Assembly: GCA_965644265.1 (NCBI GenBank)
Contig: OZ286470.1
Coordinates: 55,738,001 to 55,802,000, forward strand
Reading direction: 5' to 3'
Length of the DNA stretch: 64,000 nt
Source: Glycera tridactyla
Taxonomy: Eukaryota
Below the pieces are notes generated by a model. The model was not told the DNA's origin. It saw nothing but the letters and a program-made list of their open reading frames with translations, and did not search any database. Each line of letters starts with the position of its first letter. The first letter of the stretch is position 1. Below, one piece after another: positions 24,103 to 37,484 of the stretch. Position numbers and translations under genes: made by a program.

Positions 24103-24500
24103 GTAAGTTACATCTAATGCATTCATGATCGTCACCACACTTTATGTACAAATTCATCCTCATATCTGCTGATAGATCCACAATATTCTGTTGAGTTCTC
24201 CAACTGAAGGGTAACACTTCATTGTTGCTTACCGATACCAGAAATCAGATGCTACAATGATTCCCTTGGGCCTGGCATGCAAACAGACTTAGTATCCTTA
24301 GATTCATGATTGTATAGTCCATCCTACATTTCATTATTTCTTCCTGGCATCATAACCACTATGCTGCACTGAGGCTAGCTCCACAACATTTTTGTCTGCT
24401 CATATATATTTCTCTTTCTTACTTTCCTATGGATAGCATGTTATTACTTTCATCATTCTGCTTCTCAAAATTGTCAATTGGAATAATTCAAATGAACAGG

Positions 24501-25872
24501 TTTTTATACCCCGCTCTTGAAAAAGCGGGGTATTATAGTTTCACCTCCGGCGTCCGTCCGTACGTCCGTCCGTCCGTCCGTCCGCTCACGTTTCATGCAA
24601 TAACTTTGGATTGGCTGGTCCAATTTTGATAAAACTTCATAACTGTGATCTATGTAAAAATCGTATTAGAGAATTTGATTTTCATACCCAAAGGTCAAAG
24701 GTCAAAGGTCAAGGTCACAGGAGCTATTTATAGATTTTCTTATTTTACACTCTAACTCAAGTTAGCCTCAATGGATATGCACCAAACTTACACAAAGTAA
24801 TGACCCAATGTTGGGTCACCTCCCTTTCGATGCGTGTGACCCTAGGTCAAAGGTCAAGGTCACAGCAGCTATTTATATATTTTCCCATTTTACACTCTTA
24901 CTCAAGCGAGCTCCGATGGATATGCACCAAACTTACACAAAGTAATGACCTAATGGTAGGCCACCTCCCTTTCGATGCATGTGACCCCAGGTCAAAGGTC
25001 AAGGTCACAGGAGCTATTTATAGATTTTCCCATTTTACACTCTAACTCAAGGGAGTTTGAAGGATATGCACCAAACTTACACAAAGTAATGACCTAATGG
25101 TAGGCCACCTCCCTTTCGATGCATGTGACCCCAGGTCAAAGGTCAAGGTCACAGGAGCTATTTATAGATTTCCCCATTTTACACTTTAACTCAAGCTAGC
25201 TCTGATGGATATGCACCTTACTTACACAATGTAATGACCTAATGATAGGCCACCTCTCTCGATCCATGTGACCCTGGGTCAAAGGTCAAGGTCACAGGAG
25301 ATATTTATAGATTTTCTTATTTTACACTCTAACTCAAACTAGCATTGATGGATATGCACCAAACTTACACAAAGTAATGACCCAATGGTGGACCAACTCC
25401 CTTCCGATGCATGTGACCCTAGGTCGAAGGTCAAGGTCACAGGAACTATTCATGAATTTTCTCATTTCACACTCCAGCTCAATCTTGCATTGATCGATAC
25501 GCACCAAAGTTTGACAACATAATGACCCAATGGTGAGATATCTCCCATTTGATGCATGTGACCCTGCGTCAAAGGTCAAGGCCATAGGAGCTATTTTTAA
25601 ATTTCCGCATCTCACACAATAACTCAGGCTAGCATTGTTGGAAGATCAAACTGATCTGGGATGATCAAGCAAGTCATAGGTCAAGGTGAAGGCTCAGGTG
25701 CTACTATTAGATTTTTTTATTCTACACAGTGATCCAGTGACTTATTATATAGGCAACCAAACATCTCAATGACCTTTTCCGATATGGGTTACCCTCTGTG
25801 CTCCAGTGTGCGATATGGGTTACCCACTGTGCTCCCGTGTGCGGGGTATATTGCCCCTCTGTGGCCTTGTTT
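24501..25872 (+). mobile_element. Helentron-type element, family B, about seven 145-bp tandem units
   Basis: TTTTTATACCCCGC...GCGGGGTAT subTIR, (GTCC)n, 145-bp units, 3' GCGGGGTATA plus short hairpin and CTTGTT; inverted paralogue at 59732-61421. Confidence 0.88.
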
Positions 25873-27485
25873 TCTCTATGACAACAGCCACTGACATATT
25901 GTACCTTTTACTTTCACTTCCAGGTCAACCAGATATCAACATCATTGAGCATTCAGAAATGACCCCCACACGCACATTCATCTGTACACCCACACACAAA
26001 CACCCACACACACACACTTACATGCATGCATCCACATCCACACACACACTCACCATCATTCAGTCACTTACCCACACAACAGTATCTAACACAACCCCAC
26101 CACTATACAGAAACATCAACCATATTAACAACCACCAACATAAAACACCGGAACTAAACCAGCAACCAGAACAGCAGACCTCGGTGTCTCGTACACCTCA
26201 CCTACAACACAAAGTGAGAAGATCATGATTTCCGCCTTCCATCACACTATCACACACACAACCCCAGGACATGACTTTAGAACCAACCCCACCAACCTCA
26301 CACATCTACCTACCAAAACTAATCTGAGTACAGGTGGTACAGGGTGACACTGACCCTGTACCAGATTATCTTACACACTTGCCATGCGAAAAAACACAGG
26401 AAATTGGGCCGAGGAGATTCCGTACTACGAATCGAAAACGGTCGCCAGGAACTGTGTTATTCTCATCTGTATGTATTAAGCTATATCTGGTATCAAACTG
26501 AAGGGATTGAGAGTGTCAGTTGCAGCGTTGTGTTATTTCTTCAATTTCATTGATGAATTTTGATTTTGATCAAAGTTTGAAAAGAATTATCAAGCAGCAA
26601 CTTGGTGACCTTGTGCCAGCTTTGGACAACATTAACTTTCTCATCAAAATCATAAATTAAACTCACATCTCAAAGTTACATCAATATCCTGGACTTGTTC
26701 TTTTTGGAAGTTGAAGGTTGACTGAGATGTTAATTCACAAACTTGACCGTCTTTTACAATCATAGGTCAGAAGAAGTCAGACCTCCAGCTCATTTCTGCT
26801 CCATCAATATTCCCTAGTACACTAGAGGGTAATGATTGCGAGAACATTTAGGGGTTTCTTAGTCATGCCAGATTTCAGGGTTAGCCGTCGCTATTTGCCT
26901 CTGATTGATTCATTGATTGATTAATCAAGTGAATGACACAAGAACATCATAACTTGGAGCAGATATGACGATGGAGTGGATGCCCCCCCCCCCCCCCCCC
27001 CCCCCGCATGCTTCAATCCAGTTTTTCTATGATTATTTGTTGGTATTTTATCACATTGCAACTTTTGTTACAGACTGTAAAAATGCACTAGTTAGATCAA
27101 GTTCTCCATCAGTAAGGAGATTCCAAATATTGTTTCATAAAAGAAATTGCTTCATGCTGCAAATTCTATGTCTTTGATGGTTTTCCTCATCCTCATTTGA
27201 CTTTTGATTATATCTTTTTGGTCAATCTTTGTAACAGGGTGATAGAACATCAACATGAGTAAAATATTAAAGATGGATATTCATCTCAGGAATGCATTAA
27301 TCTAAAGAAAATCTGATTACATCCTCAAAAAGGTGGAACATAATCTAGATTCATCAGCATGTCTCAAAACATCAAGTCTTCTTGTTACAAATGCACACAA
27401 AGAAATGCTAATTTTCAGAAAATTTGATTCCAATCCCGAGATTAAAATTTAGAAATTACAATGATTTGTCACTTCTGATAATTAG

Positions 27486-29212
27486 GAAATTATAGAGATA
27501 TCAGGAGACCGAAAGGACCTGAAGAATCTTTATATTTTGGAGAGGAGACCAACCCAAGTATTTCAAAAAATATTAAGATGTTCTAACTGGTGAGTCATTT
27601 TGAGAAACTGATCAGTATTTTGAGAAAGTAAATTTTTCACTCACTGCCGAACAAGAAAGTGATCGGCAACTTTCAACATTTCTCATACCAATGTTGTCTG
27701 ATTTTCGAACAAAATAAAGATACAGGAGCATGTAGAATAAGGTGGGGACTATATATTTATAACCTGTAAAGTGACACTCCCAATACAAGAGGAATAATCT
27801 GTCTTTTTATTGAAGCAAGTGTGTTGCACCCTCCCCCCCCCCCCCCCCCCCCCCCCCCGCTAGTCCTGTGTAATCTTGGTGACCACGCCTACGCCAAATT
27901 TCACTTTGATGGATATGATCCTGCATTATATCTGCTGCCTCTTCTGGTGGAGAGAGTTTGATTGGATTTGAAATGTTTATATCAAACTCACAATAGAGCG
28001 GTTCCAGGACCATATCCCACACAAAAGGAGTCCAAGGTAACATCCAAACATACGTCCATATAAAGAAACATGGCTTGAATAAAGATTAAGCTAATACAAT
28101 ACATTGTGATGACAGCAGATTGTTGACCCTGGGAATTATTTAGGAAAAATTAACAGTATATTCAAACAACAATGAAACAACCACAAACTAAATTCGCAGG
28201 CATTCATTCTACTTGAATGTACTCACTGCAAAACAGCCATCTCAGTTGAGAGATGTGTCTTGTGTGATTCCAGTGCATTACTGAACATTTACAAAAGCTT
28301 CTCTCTGAGGTTACTCAATGAATTCTGTCTCTGGAATGGACAGACAGTGACAGGCTCTACCATGTAGGATTTCCAGGGAGATGTCAGTTCAATTGAGCGT
28401 CTCAAAGGCACTGAATGATATTGACCACCTCCCTGAAAATAATCTATTACTGGAAATGTATGAGAGGTTGGTCCAGCACTAGAGCTTAGCTTACAACACA
28501 TTTCAAGGTTCTACTGACATTTTCCATCATAGAATAGACAGGAGCAGTCACTTTTAAAGTATTTGTCATTAATGTTAACAATGGTGCATTTCCACAGTCT
28601 GCATCCCCACCCCATGTGACAATAGTCAGCAGTAGACTTAGATGTAGCGTAGTCCTCAGGATTCATCCATCTGGTGTTACATGTACTAATAGTTACAAGT
28701 GTGCTCTGGGTATAGACCGATAATGCTTTCAGCAGTGAGTAGAGGCAATCAGATTTTCATGGTGCCTGTTTGGTCTCCATCAGATCTGACACAAGCTTAC
28801 TTTTGGCCTGTCAATCTTCATACTTTTTGAGCTGGGAAAAAGATTGAGTGAAAGAAAACTTTGAATCCTGTAATGCAGACCTCAGCTTTTTCATGCGATA
28901 ATATTTTTCTCTCAGAATTCTGATTTGTTATACCTGTTTTTCACTCTCACAGGTGATTTATAATAGAGCGAGACAAAACTGACTGGTCAGCAGACTTTCA
29001 GGTTTGGTTTGTTTGAACATGGATGCATCTATTATTGGGTTGTGGTGTGCATCTGCAGTTTCACATTTTCAAGTTTTGTGTGTTTCAGGCAGCTTCAATA
29101 CGTCATGGCCTGCCCACACCTTTCCTCTCCCCACTTCAGCAAGATTATGCTAAAGCCCATGACAGCCGCACCACTGCCCTTGTCAAGCTTTCTGTTTAGC
29201 TCCAGTCACTGA
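27486..29212 (+). CDS. Low-confidence downstream exons of the plus-strand gene (27486-27589, 28368-28466, 29089-29212)
   Basis: AG/GT-flanked open frames whose phases chain 0-2, 2-2, 2-stop after exon 24102; some splice sites are weak and no homology is recognised. Confidence 0.25.
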
Positions 29213-31462
29213 GGTACTCGCATTTTTCTTTTCATATCACCTGCACTGACTTCAGTTCTCTTCTGGATTTCTCTGCATGCATATATCTATTAGGCATTGA
29301 TCTTACCTGTAACATTATACCTCCCGGCCAATATTTTCACTTTTGATAAGACCTGACAATATGGAGATTGTTTACGGAAGATATGGGGAGTTTAAGACCA
29401 ATACTGCCAGTCTTACCTGTAAACACCATACCTGATGTTCACTGTTTTTAGTTTTGCTGAGAGCTAACCACATGGTGATTGTTTGTGGATGTTATGGGGA
29501 AGTTTACCTCTAATACTGCTGGTCATGTGATCAGATAACTTTGTGTAATCCTGTACTGTGGCGGAGGAGGCAAAATCTTGAATTGATTATAGCACTGAAC
29601 CAGTTGAAGGCACAATATATCTCTCATGAGGTTGGATTCCATGTGGCATTTTCATCACAGATTAAATCCCAAATATCAATCCAGCTGTTGCTAATGGTAA
29701 GTGATTATTACCATGTGTTGGCGAATTGCTCATGCATCAACCAAAGCATCATGAGATGAATTCAGTCTACCATAACTTTGATTCTATTTTTGGCATGGGG
29801 AGGTTTCTTCTATGCGTCCACGTAGCATGACAGCATGGTGAAAACTGAATTTTCACGCAACCATGACAGGTTCACCTGCGTCATTAGCGTCGCTGGTTTC
29901 CCCACTATGTAAACAAATCGCTAGGCAATGTAAACAACCCATGATGTCAGAGAAGTGGCGTCGGTGGCATCTATGACGTCACAGAGGATTGCCTCACTGA
30001 TTGTTGATGAGGATCTAGCTTCATGGGGGTCTTTCCCATAAGGCCTGGTCTCGCTGAGAAGGTTATCAAACATGAGATACTCAGGAATGATGACTTTGAG
30101 ATGCTGTTTCATCTCTCTAGGGGACTCATCAGGTGCAGAGCTGTCTCCATACATGATGGAATTCCCTATGGGCTGTATTTTGAGTGCCAAAAAAATGAAA
30201 TCTGTAAGAATTTATTTTCATTTTGAGATGGTTGATGTCACAGATGGCATCTCATTTTTGTATGAAAAATGAATAATTCAATTTGCTTTAAGGCCCCTGA
30301 CTGAGTGTCATTAATGCCCAAAGCAGGGATAGCCTGACTCTGCGCCCTTGCGGAATTCCCGCATAGTGATTCATTAAGCCGCATCAACAGGGACAGCTGT
30401 GTGCCCACCGGGCACATGATTTATCAATTAAACAGCTGCCTGTTGCCTGGCCTGGCTGGGTGGAGTTGGTCAATCACTCCAGGGGATGTTTATGTTCTGC
30501 CACCTCCACTGGACATGATGACCCTAAATCTGCTTCCAATGTCAACATATCACATAATGATTGATATATCTGCAACAATTGCATTTTTTTCATAATTATT
30601 GAATATTCATTAAGTATTACTAATGATCTGAAATGCTGTTTTTCCACTGAGTCTGGTGATATATTTTTTCTTCAATGGGATGAATATGACCCAGAACCTG
30701 TCTTTCATGACACCTGTATGGGTTGGATGTAGTTACTCTGTGACTCATATAAGTCAAACCTCTCTATAACTACCACCTCTGTATAAAGGCCACCCTGAGC
30801 TGCAACAGTGGTAGCATAGATGGTAGCAAAGGTCCACTCCGACAAAATGTGTGACATGCCAAATCAGGCTCTGCGTGCTATCCCTGGGGTTTAGCAATGC
30901 AAAATCTATTGAGGAGAGTACATTCTCAGAAACATTCAATTCAAACTTCTCAATATATTCCAAAGTAAAAAGATTTTCCATCAAAATAAATCCGCAAAAG
31001 AAAACAAATGATTGAAAGGTTTCATAAAGATGAAAGTATTCTTATCATTGACAGAAATAAGGCAAATATCGGGCACATAAAATTTGGAAAAAGGCACATA
31101 AAATCATCATGAGTGTGCCCATTGGGCACATGAAATTTCCGAGTCCGGCTATCCCTGCCAAAGCATCATTCCCATGGTGTGGCCCAGGCCCCCCCCCCGG
31201 CATTACCCCCCCCCCCCAGCCACACCAGCCCGATGTTGGACTCATGCAGATGAGTGGTGGGGAAAAGGACACAAAAAATGTCCGAGCCACACTCCGGGAC
31301 GATGATTAATATTGCCATGGTCTTATGAGATTAGAGGGACCGCCATGAGGTATGCAAATGAGAGATGTGAAAAATTTCACATCAGAGATATTAGATGAGT
31401 CCCAGCCCTTCAAGACAAGAGTGGGGGGGGGGGGGGGGGGGTGACATATGGTACTCATCTGG

Positions 31463-32800
31463 TTAGTCCATAGAATTAAGACCATGGGGAAGGGAAGATC
31501 TCAGCCTGTGTATCCATTCTAGTTCGAAGTGATCTCTCATGGATTGGCCTGATTTAGAATCAGGTGATGCCTTGATGAATTTCAGGACATGAATCTCAAC
31601 AGCATCCAGTTTGGAGTGGTTGGGCTGGTTGAAGTGTTCCCCAACTGGTGTTCTGAGATCTGGTTTGGTGATGGTGTAGAAATGTTTACCATTCTTTGTT
31701 TCTTTGCATGCTACTGCTGGTGGGTATTTAGAACCCATGCTGACTCCTGCGTTTTGGACAAAAAAATGGTTTTTTTTCCTGGTCACAAAAAGTGAAGACA
31801 TTCTTCTGAAAAACCAAGTCTAATAGTCTGATCAGTGATTGGTTGCTTGGGTGGGTAGCTTGAGGTCTAGTTTTCCTCAGTGCTAGGGCCACCGCTCTCC
31901 TTGCATCTTTGAGTGGTATGTTGGTATACACCATGTTAAACCGCACGAAAGTCATGACATGAAGAAACACAAGATGACGCTTCTCACGCGAGATGCCTCC
32001 TGCAACGGTACCTCNNNNNNNNNNNNNNNNNNNNNNNNNNNNNNNNNNNNNNNNNNNNNNNNNNNNNNNNNNNNNNNNNNNNNNNNNNNNNNNNNNNNNN
32101 NNNNNNNNNNNNNNNNNNNNNNNNNNNNNNNNNNNNNNNNNNNNNNNNNNNNNNNNNNNNNNNNNNNNNNNNNNNNNNNNNNNNNNNNNNNNNNNNNNNN
32201 NNNNNNNNNNNNNNNNNNNNNNNNNNNNNNNNNNNNNNNNNNNNNNNNNNNNNNNNNNNNNNNNNNNNNNNNNNNNNNNNNNNNNNNNNNNNNNNNNNNN
32301 NNNNNNNNNNNNNNNNNNNNNNNNNNNNCAAACCGGAAGTGGATTTGCACGCACACTGCGACTCAATAATGCTCTACATGAGCCGCCAGATAGCGCTCTT
32401 TCGACTCCGCGAATTTGGTAACCGCGTGGTGTATATAGTGAGACTACATCCAGGGTTGCCAAAATACAATCTTGAGGGACTGTGTCAATGTCCTTAATGA
32501 TTTGAAGGAAATGTGTTGTATCCTACATCCAAGATGGAATGTTTGCCAGAAAAGGTTGGATGAAAAATACCAGGAATTCTTTGGGACTGTTGATTGCACA
32601 GATTGCAGAGATAGGTCTACCAGGTGGTGGTCTGGTGGTGGTCTTTGATTCTAGACCAAACATGGAGAAATCTGTTTTGCAGATGCAAAATATCCTAGTA
32701 GACAGATTTCTCATGACTATGAGAGGATGCAATCTCTTTTTCCATTTGCATCAGTCTAGTTCCTTTTGGTCCAATCTCTTTAACCAGATGTGAAAAGTAT
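31463..32800 (-). pseudogene. Decayed Penelope-like retroelement (RT and GIY-YIG remnants)
   Basis: PPPGRPI...DTTHFL...LATLDVVSLYTNIP...QKNVFTF...GVSMGS (PLE RT) fused to TPVGEHFN...FELEWIHRLRSSLPHGLN (GIY-YIG C-terminus); stops, internal deletion and an insertion. Confidence 0.88.
31929..32431. mobile_element. DNA element with CACC termini and 4-bp TATA duplication, inserted in the Penelope RT
   Basis: Removing it restores VVSLYTNIP; ends CACCATG / CGTGGTG; interior largely an N gap. Confidence 0.75.
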
Positions 32801-34679
32801 TAGCTCCTGCTCAACTGGCCAATGGCTAGTGCTAAGAGTGAATTGTGTTCTTACAGTGGTTATACTGGTGGCCGAACAAATCATGTCTGTGAAAGGTGTC
32901 ATGGCATCACTAATGGAGGAGGTGATTGGCACACCGGCTTGTCTCAAAGCAGCGAACTGCGATTTCTCACATCTAGTGGCGGTGCAACACAGCAAACAAA
33001 CCATGGAAATGAATAGGGATGACCTCTGATATACATATACAAAAATAGTTGCAGAGAATCATGCAAATATCACACAGAAAGAGTCACATATTGAACGCCT
33101 CATGACGAAAAATCACATTCACCATCTTCTGTTAGAATTTCAATGCAGTATCTAATATTCTCTTGAAGAAATAGTTCGAAGTTATCTTACACTGTATGAA
33201 AGATGGCATGTTTCTTTCAAAGATTCTTGTTCATTGAAAACCATGCATCTTTGGTAGGATAGCAAACCTAATGTAGAATTTTCACGTAATAACGGTAAAG
33301 CTAGAAAGTTATTCAGAAGCATTCAGAGATGCCATCCGGTCCCTATTGTCTGCTGTTGTGAAATGTGAGGTAGTAGCGTTGTCGCATAACTTTGTTGTCA
33401 GGATCTTCTCACATGATAGATGTGAGATCTCACCATAACCCCACATTACAAATATATCAGACTCAGCCCCCACTCTATATCTCTGTGACTGGAAACATAT
33501 GTACACTTATAAAGTGCGACAAGTATGGGATATCATCATCATAGACGGAACACAGTGGTGCCCCAACCCAACTTAGGATCTATCATTCACAATATCTTCT
33601 ATTTTCTCTACTGATAATTGGAATAGCTCAGCGTGATCCTTGTTAATTCTCCCGACTTGATGCAATCCTAACCATTTTAATGAACTATTTCAGCAGGAAG
33701 TTTGTTGCGCCTTGTTCACTTGGTTGACATACTAGCTAACTCACTAAAACCATTGTGATGGCTGTAGAATTCTGTGACGCCTCAAAAAGAAACCATCTAC
33801 ATCTGTTTTGCATGCACATATAGGCTGCTATTTGTAAAAGTTTGCTTACACATTTATCTTACTAACTTGCTGATCATCTAACACAGTTGTATCTTGTAGT
33901 GCTTCAATGAGTACCCAAAATGAGATTAATTATTGCATTTTTAGGTTGGGATCTGATGAAGCCATCTTGCAAATCAACAATCTAATAAATTGTCAAGCAT
34001 TAATAGTTTTCATATGGTATCATTTTGTGCTTATTTGTAAATCACTATTACCTCACAAACCTCCATCTTAGAAGCCGATTAATTCACCTAGCACTAAAAG
34101 TACCATAAAAACAAATGTAGGACTGTAATAGACCAGACATGGTGATCATTGAAAGCAAGTTCATTGCTCTATAACTGGTACCTTCATCCACGATGGATCC
34201 TCATTGATGTAGACACACCCATTTTTTTCAATGCATGACCCTATTCAGGGGTTTATCCAGGATCAGATTTCCATGAACCATAAGATTTGTAAATTTACCA
34301 TCTCTATGGAAGAATTCAAAATTCAACCAAATTACTAAATGATTAGCCACTGGGTAATTTACCAGAGTATAACATGACTTCTTTCAAACAGGTGCTTGTT
34401 TCACACTGTTTGTGGCAGGTATTTTATTGAATTCATCATGAATTTCAGTATTTTTTGCTGATTCACTTGGCTTATAGATTTAGAATTTTATTCTCCATGT
34501 CATATTTTCATGATCCAAATCCAAAAGGTCCTACCCAAACGGAGCTGGCTAAAACCCTACTCTATTCCAGATGAAGTTTTCCTAATTTTGCTGCTTATAT
34601 TCTGTAGCTACTGCCCAGATTGAGATCATTGTGCCTGATGAAGATTCATACTTACTTGACCATCTGATGTTGGTTGCAG

Positions 34680-34835
34680 GAGTGTGTGCACCCCGGGTCA
34701 GAGTGGAGCCATGTGCCCAGTGCTTTCCAGCGACCACATGAACGCTTTATGACTGGAATGATGCAGCTCCAGTCTCAACACAACGACGACTTCCTGCCGC
34801 CCATGCCTCGACCACCTCTCTTCTCCGTCTGGTGA
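34680..34835 (+). CDS. Alternative candidate terminal exon of the plus-strand gene (phase 0)
   Basis: Acceptor gttggttgcag|; ECVHPGSEW...DDFLPPMPRPPLFSVW*; CpG-bearing and protein-like but unanchored. Confidence 0.3.
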   Translation, partial: ECVHPGSEWSHVPSAFQRPHERFMTGMMQLQSQHNDDFLPPMPRPPLFSVW

Positions 34836-35543
34836 TTCCTTCTTCACAGCCAGTGCCTCTTATTATCATCATGTTACATTGCTCTATTGAGAGCTGAACA
34901 TTGAAACATTTTTCATGTATTGTCAAGAGTAATTGGTCGTAGAGAAGAGGTGAATGTAATGAAATAATAATGGCCAATTGGTTTGAGAATGTCCTCAGCT
35001 GGCTGAATGCTTGGAGTAGTCCAGCAGGTATTATTCACCAGAATCAATGATGCACGTATCCACAAACACTTTTAACAATGTCTACAAGCTCTTTATCATG
35101 AGCTGAATTCAGGAGCTAACGCAACATGGACGTCATCATAATTAAACATTCATAGGAATTGGGTTAGGTTTTCTATTCCTATAATGTAATTTTTGATTAT
35201 TGAGATAGCTTTTAACATTGAGCAAACATAAAGATGTTGATCTATGCATCAGTAAGTGCCTGTGGAGCATCATATTACATTTGTTTGTGTCCAAATATTT
35301 TGAAGAAGAAACTGTTAGTGTTTAGATATGTTGAGGCATACTCTGTCAGCCAGTACCAGTCATTGACTGATACATGTGGTTGACAGTGGCCTGGTTTCAT
35401 GGTGGAAGTAAACCACTGTTGATAGAGCTGTAGATTATATCTCACCAACATGTGGTCGCGCACTGGTCTTTTGTGGTGGTGTGGGTCTGGAACTCAGCTA
35501 AAGCTTGACGTGAGGCACAACTGGCCTTTGAGACTGACTAATG

Positions 35544-35636
35544 CAGTGAAACCTGCATTGAGGGACCGCCCTATGTATAAAAAAGTGGTCTCCAAATGAG
35601 TGGTCTCTCATCAGGATCTTCTCGCAGGTTTCATTG
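35544..35636. mobile_element. Degenerate Tc1/mariner-type MITE
   Basis: CAGTGAAACCTG ... CAGGTTTCATTG with GTGGTCTC motifs. Confidence 0.6.
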
Positions 35637-35899
35637 TACATGTATTGTATTTGTAAGAATACTGGCCTTCCAATATGATTGCATAAAAACAGGGATCAGT
35701 ATTTATTATTTCCCAGATTCGGATTTGTGAGTGGATTCATTTCTAAACTTCATTTTTTCTAGTTGATTACTTGTGTTTTTGCCGTAGTGAATCTGCTGCC
35801 TAGACGCGTGCGTGTCATGTTGGAGGACGGGCTGTCAGAATGAACACTGCTGAATGTCTGGTTCCTGTGTCAGCACTTGACGTTGGCTGGAATTACCAT

Positions 35900-36843
35900 G
35901 AACCAGTTCATAGCCATACCAAACTTGGCATGGATGCAATTCACAGCATTCCCTAATGAATGCCAGCCATAGAGGGGGTCTCCCACAAGGCCTGGTTGGT
36001 TTTGGGGTGAAAATTGGTTTTTCAGAAATGGATTTTTCTAAAGATGGTGGCTGTTTGTAGCCACTCCAAACTTGGCTTGGATGCAATTCATAGCATTCCC
36101 TAACGAATGCCAGTCATAGATTGGGTCTCCCAACAGGCCTGGTTGATTTTGGGTTGAAAATTGGTTTTTCATAAATGGATTTTTCTGAAGATGGTGGCTG
36201 TTCATAGCCACACCAATCTTGGCATGGATGCAATTCATAGCATTCCCTAATGAATGCCAGCCATGAATGGGGTCTCCCAAAAGGCCTGATAGATTTCGGG
36301 GGAAATTGGTTTTTCAGAAATGGATTTTTATGATGATGAATACTGTTCCCAGCCAAAGCATCCCTCATTGATTCTCAGCCATGTATGTGATTGCCCATTA
36401 GCCCTACTGCAGGGCTTCCCATTTACTTTTTTCTTCAGCTGTCATTTGGGCAGATGAAGTAGGATTTTTACCTGCCCTTCCCGTCATTTTCACCTGCCCC
36501 CCTGCATATAATCATAGCCCAAATAAGGGTTGGGTACCTGTCCATTGGGCAGGCAGATTGATAAAATCACCTGCCTGCCTGTGCCAGTAGGGCAACCACT
36601 AGCATAGAGCTCTGTACTGTTATCTTAGAGAAATTTACTTTTTCAAAAAGATTTTTTGAGGAAAGGTACCTTTCCAAGCATAATTATGTATTGGCTCTTC
36701 CTATGCAATCAGGAACTGTATGCACCCATCAAAGAAGCAGCACTGTTTTGTTTGTGTAAACTTTAGATATAAATGCCTTTCTTGAAGCGGCGTGTTGTGT
36801 GGGTTCGCCAAGGCGAGGTCCGCCTTCAGTGAAGGCTATGTTT
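35900..36843 (+). mobile_element. 5'-truncated Helentron-type element, family C (about 147-bp units), with nested hAT-like MITE 36410-36614
   Basis: 3' end GGCGAGGTCC-GCCTTCAGTGAAGGC-TATGTTT; inverted paralogue of 57809-59083; nested MITE flanked by TACTG. Confidence 0.82.
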
Positions 36844-36973
36844 GTTATTGCAAATATGTACATGTGAGCATTAAGCACATGTCCTGAGGACCAAATATTG
36901 AAGAACTTGATGTGCTCGCTCCTTGCAGCCCCCCCCCCCCCTCGCAACCACCTGTTTTGAGAGACCTATTTAT

Positions 36974-37484
36974 CATGGTTCATACAGAAATTCTGAGAAA
37001 AAATTCAAGGATTTTTCAAGGACTCGCATAGTTTTTCAAGCCCTCTGCCCATGTCTCAGATATAATTTTTTCATGCATCAATCTGCTCAAAGCCATCATT
37101 AGCTCTGATTATTGCCACTACACACAAGTTGGCTCTGGGAAAATTCATCAGCTACATTGACCTACATCAATGTTCACCATCTAATAGATTTGATGGCCTG
37201 CAAATGTTGATGACTTGTTTCCATATATATGCACAATCCTAGCCTTCAATATTGCAACATGGGGTTGCCCTAGTCATGAGATCCAACTGCTTGCGAGTCA
37301 TTTTTCTGTCAGCATATGACAAATCTGTGATTTTCTGGCCATATTTCATGAATTTCAAGCACTCTGTAAAGGAATCAAGCACTTTTCCATGCCTTCTTAC
37401 ATTTTCCGAGACAGCAATCAAATTCAAGCACTTTCAAGGACTCACAATGATTTTCAAGCACTTTTCAAGACTGTGCGAACCATG
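36974..37484. mobile_element. hAT-like non-autonomous element, 5-bp TSD TTTAT
   Basis: TIRs CATGGTTCATACAG / CTGTGCGAACCATG; subterminal TTCAAGCAC/TTCAAGGA repeats; TTTAT on both flanks. Confidence 0.78.

Noticed and set aside
29921-30272. Cluster of short ORFs on both strands
   Set aside because: Possibly a decayed coding fragment, but I could not assign a family or splice structure.
31364-31383. Hairpin downstream of the Penelope ORF as a hammerhead ribozyme
   Set aside because: The 9-bp stem is real, but the core reads CUGAUGUG rather than CUGANGA and the three-stem layout is absent; a partial match near 11485-11530 also fails.
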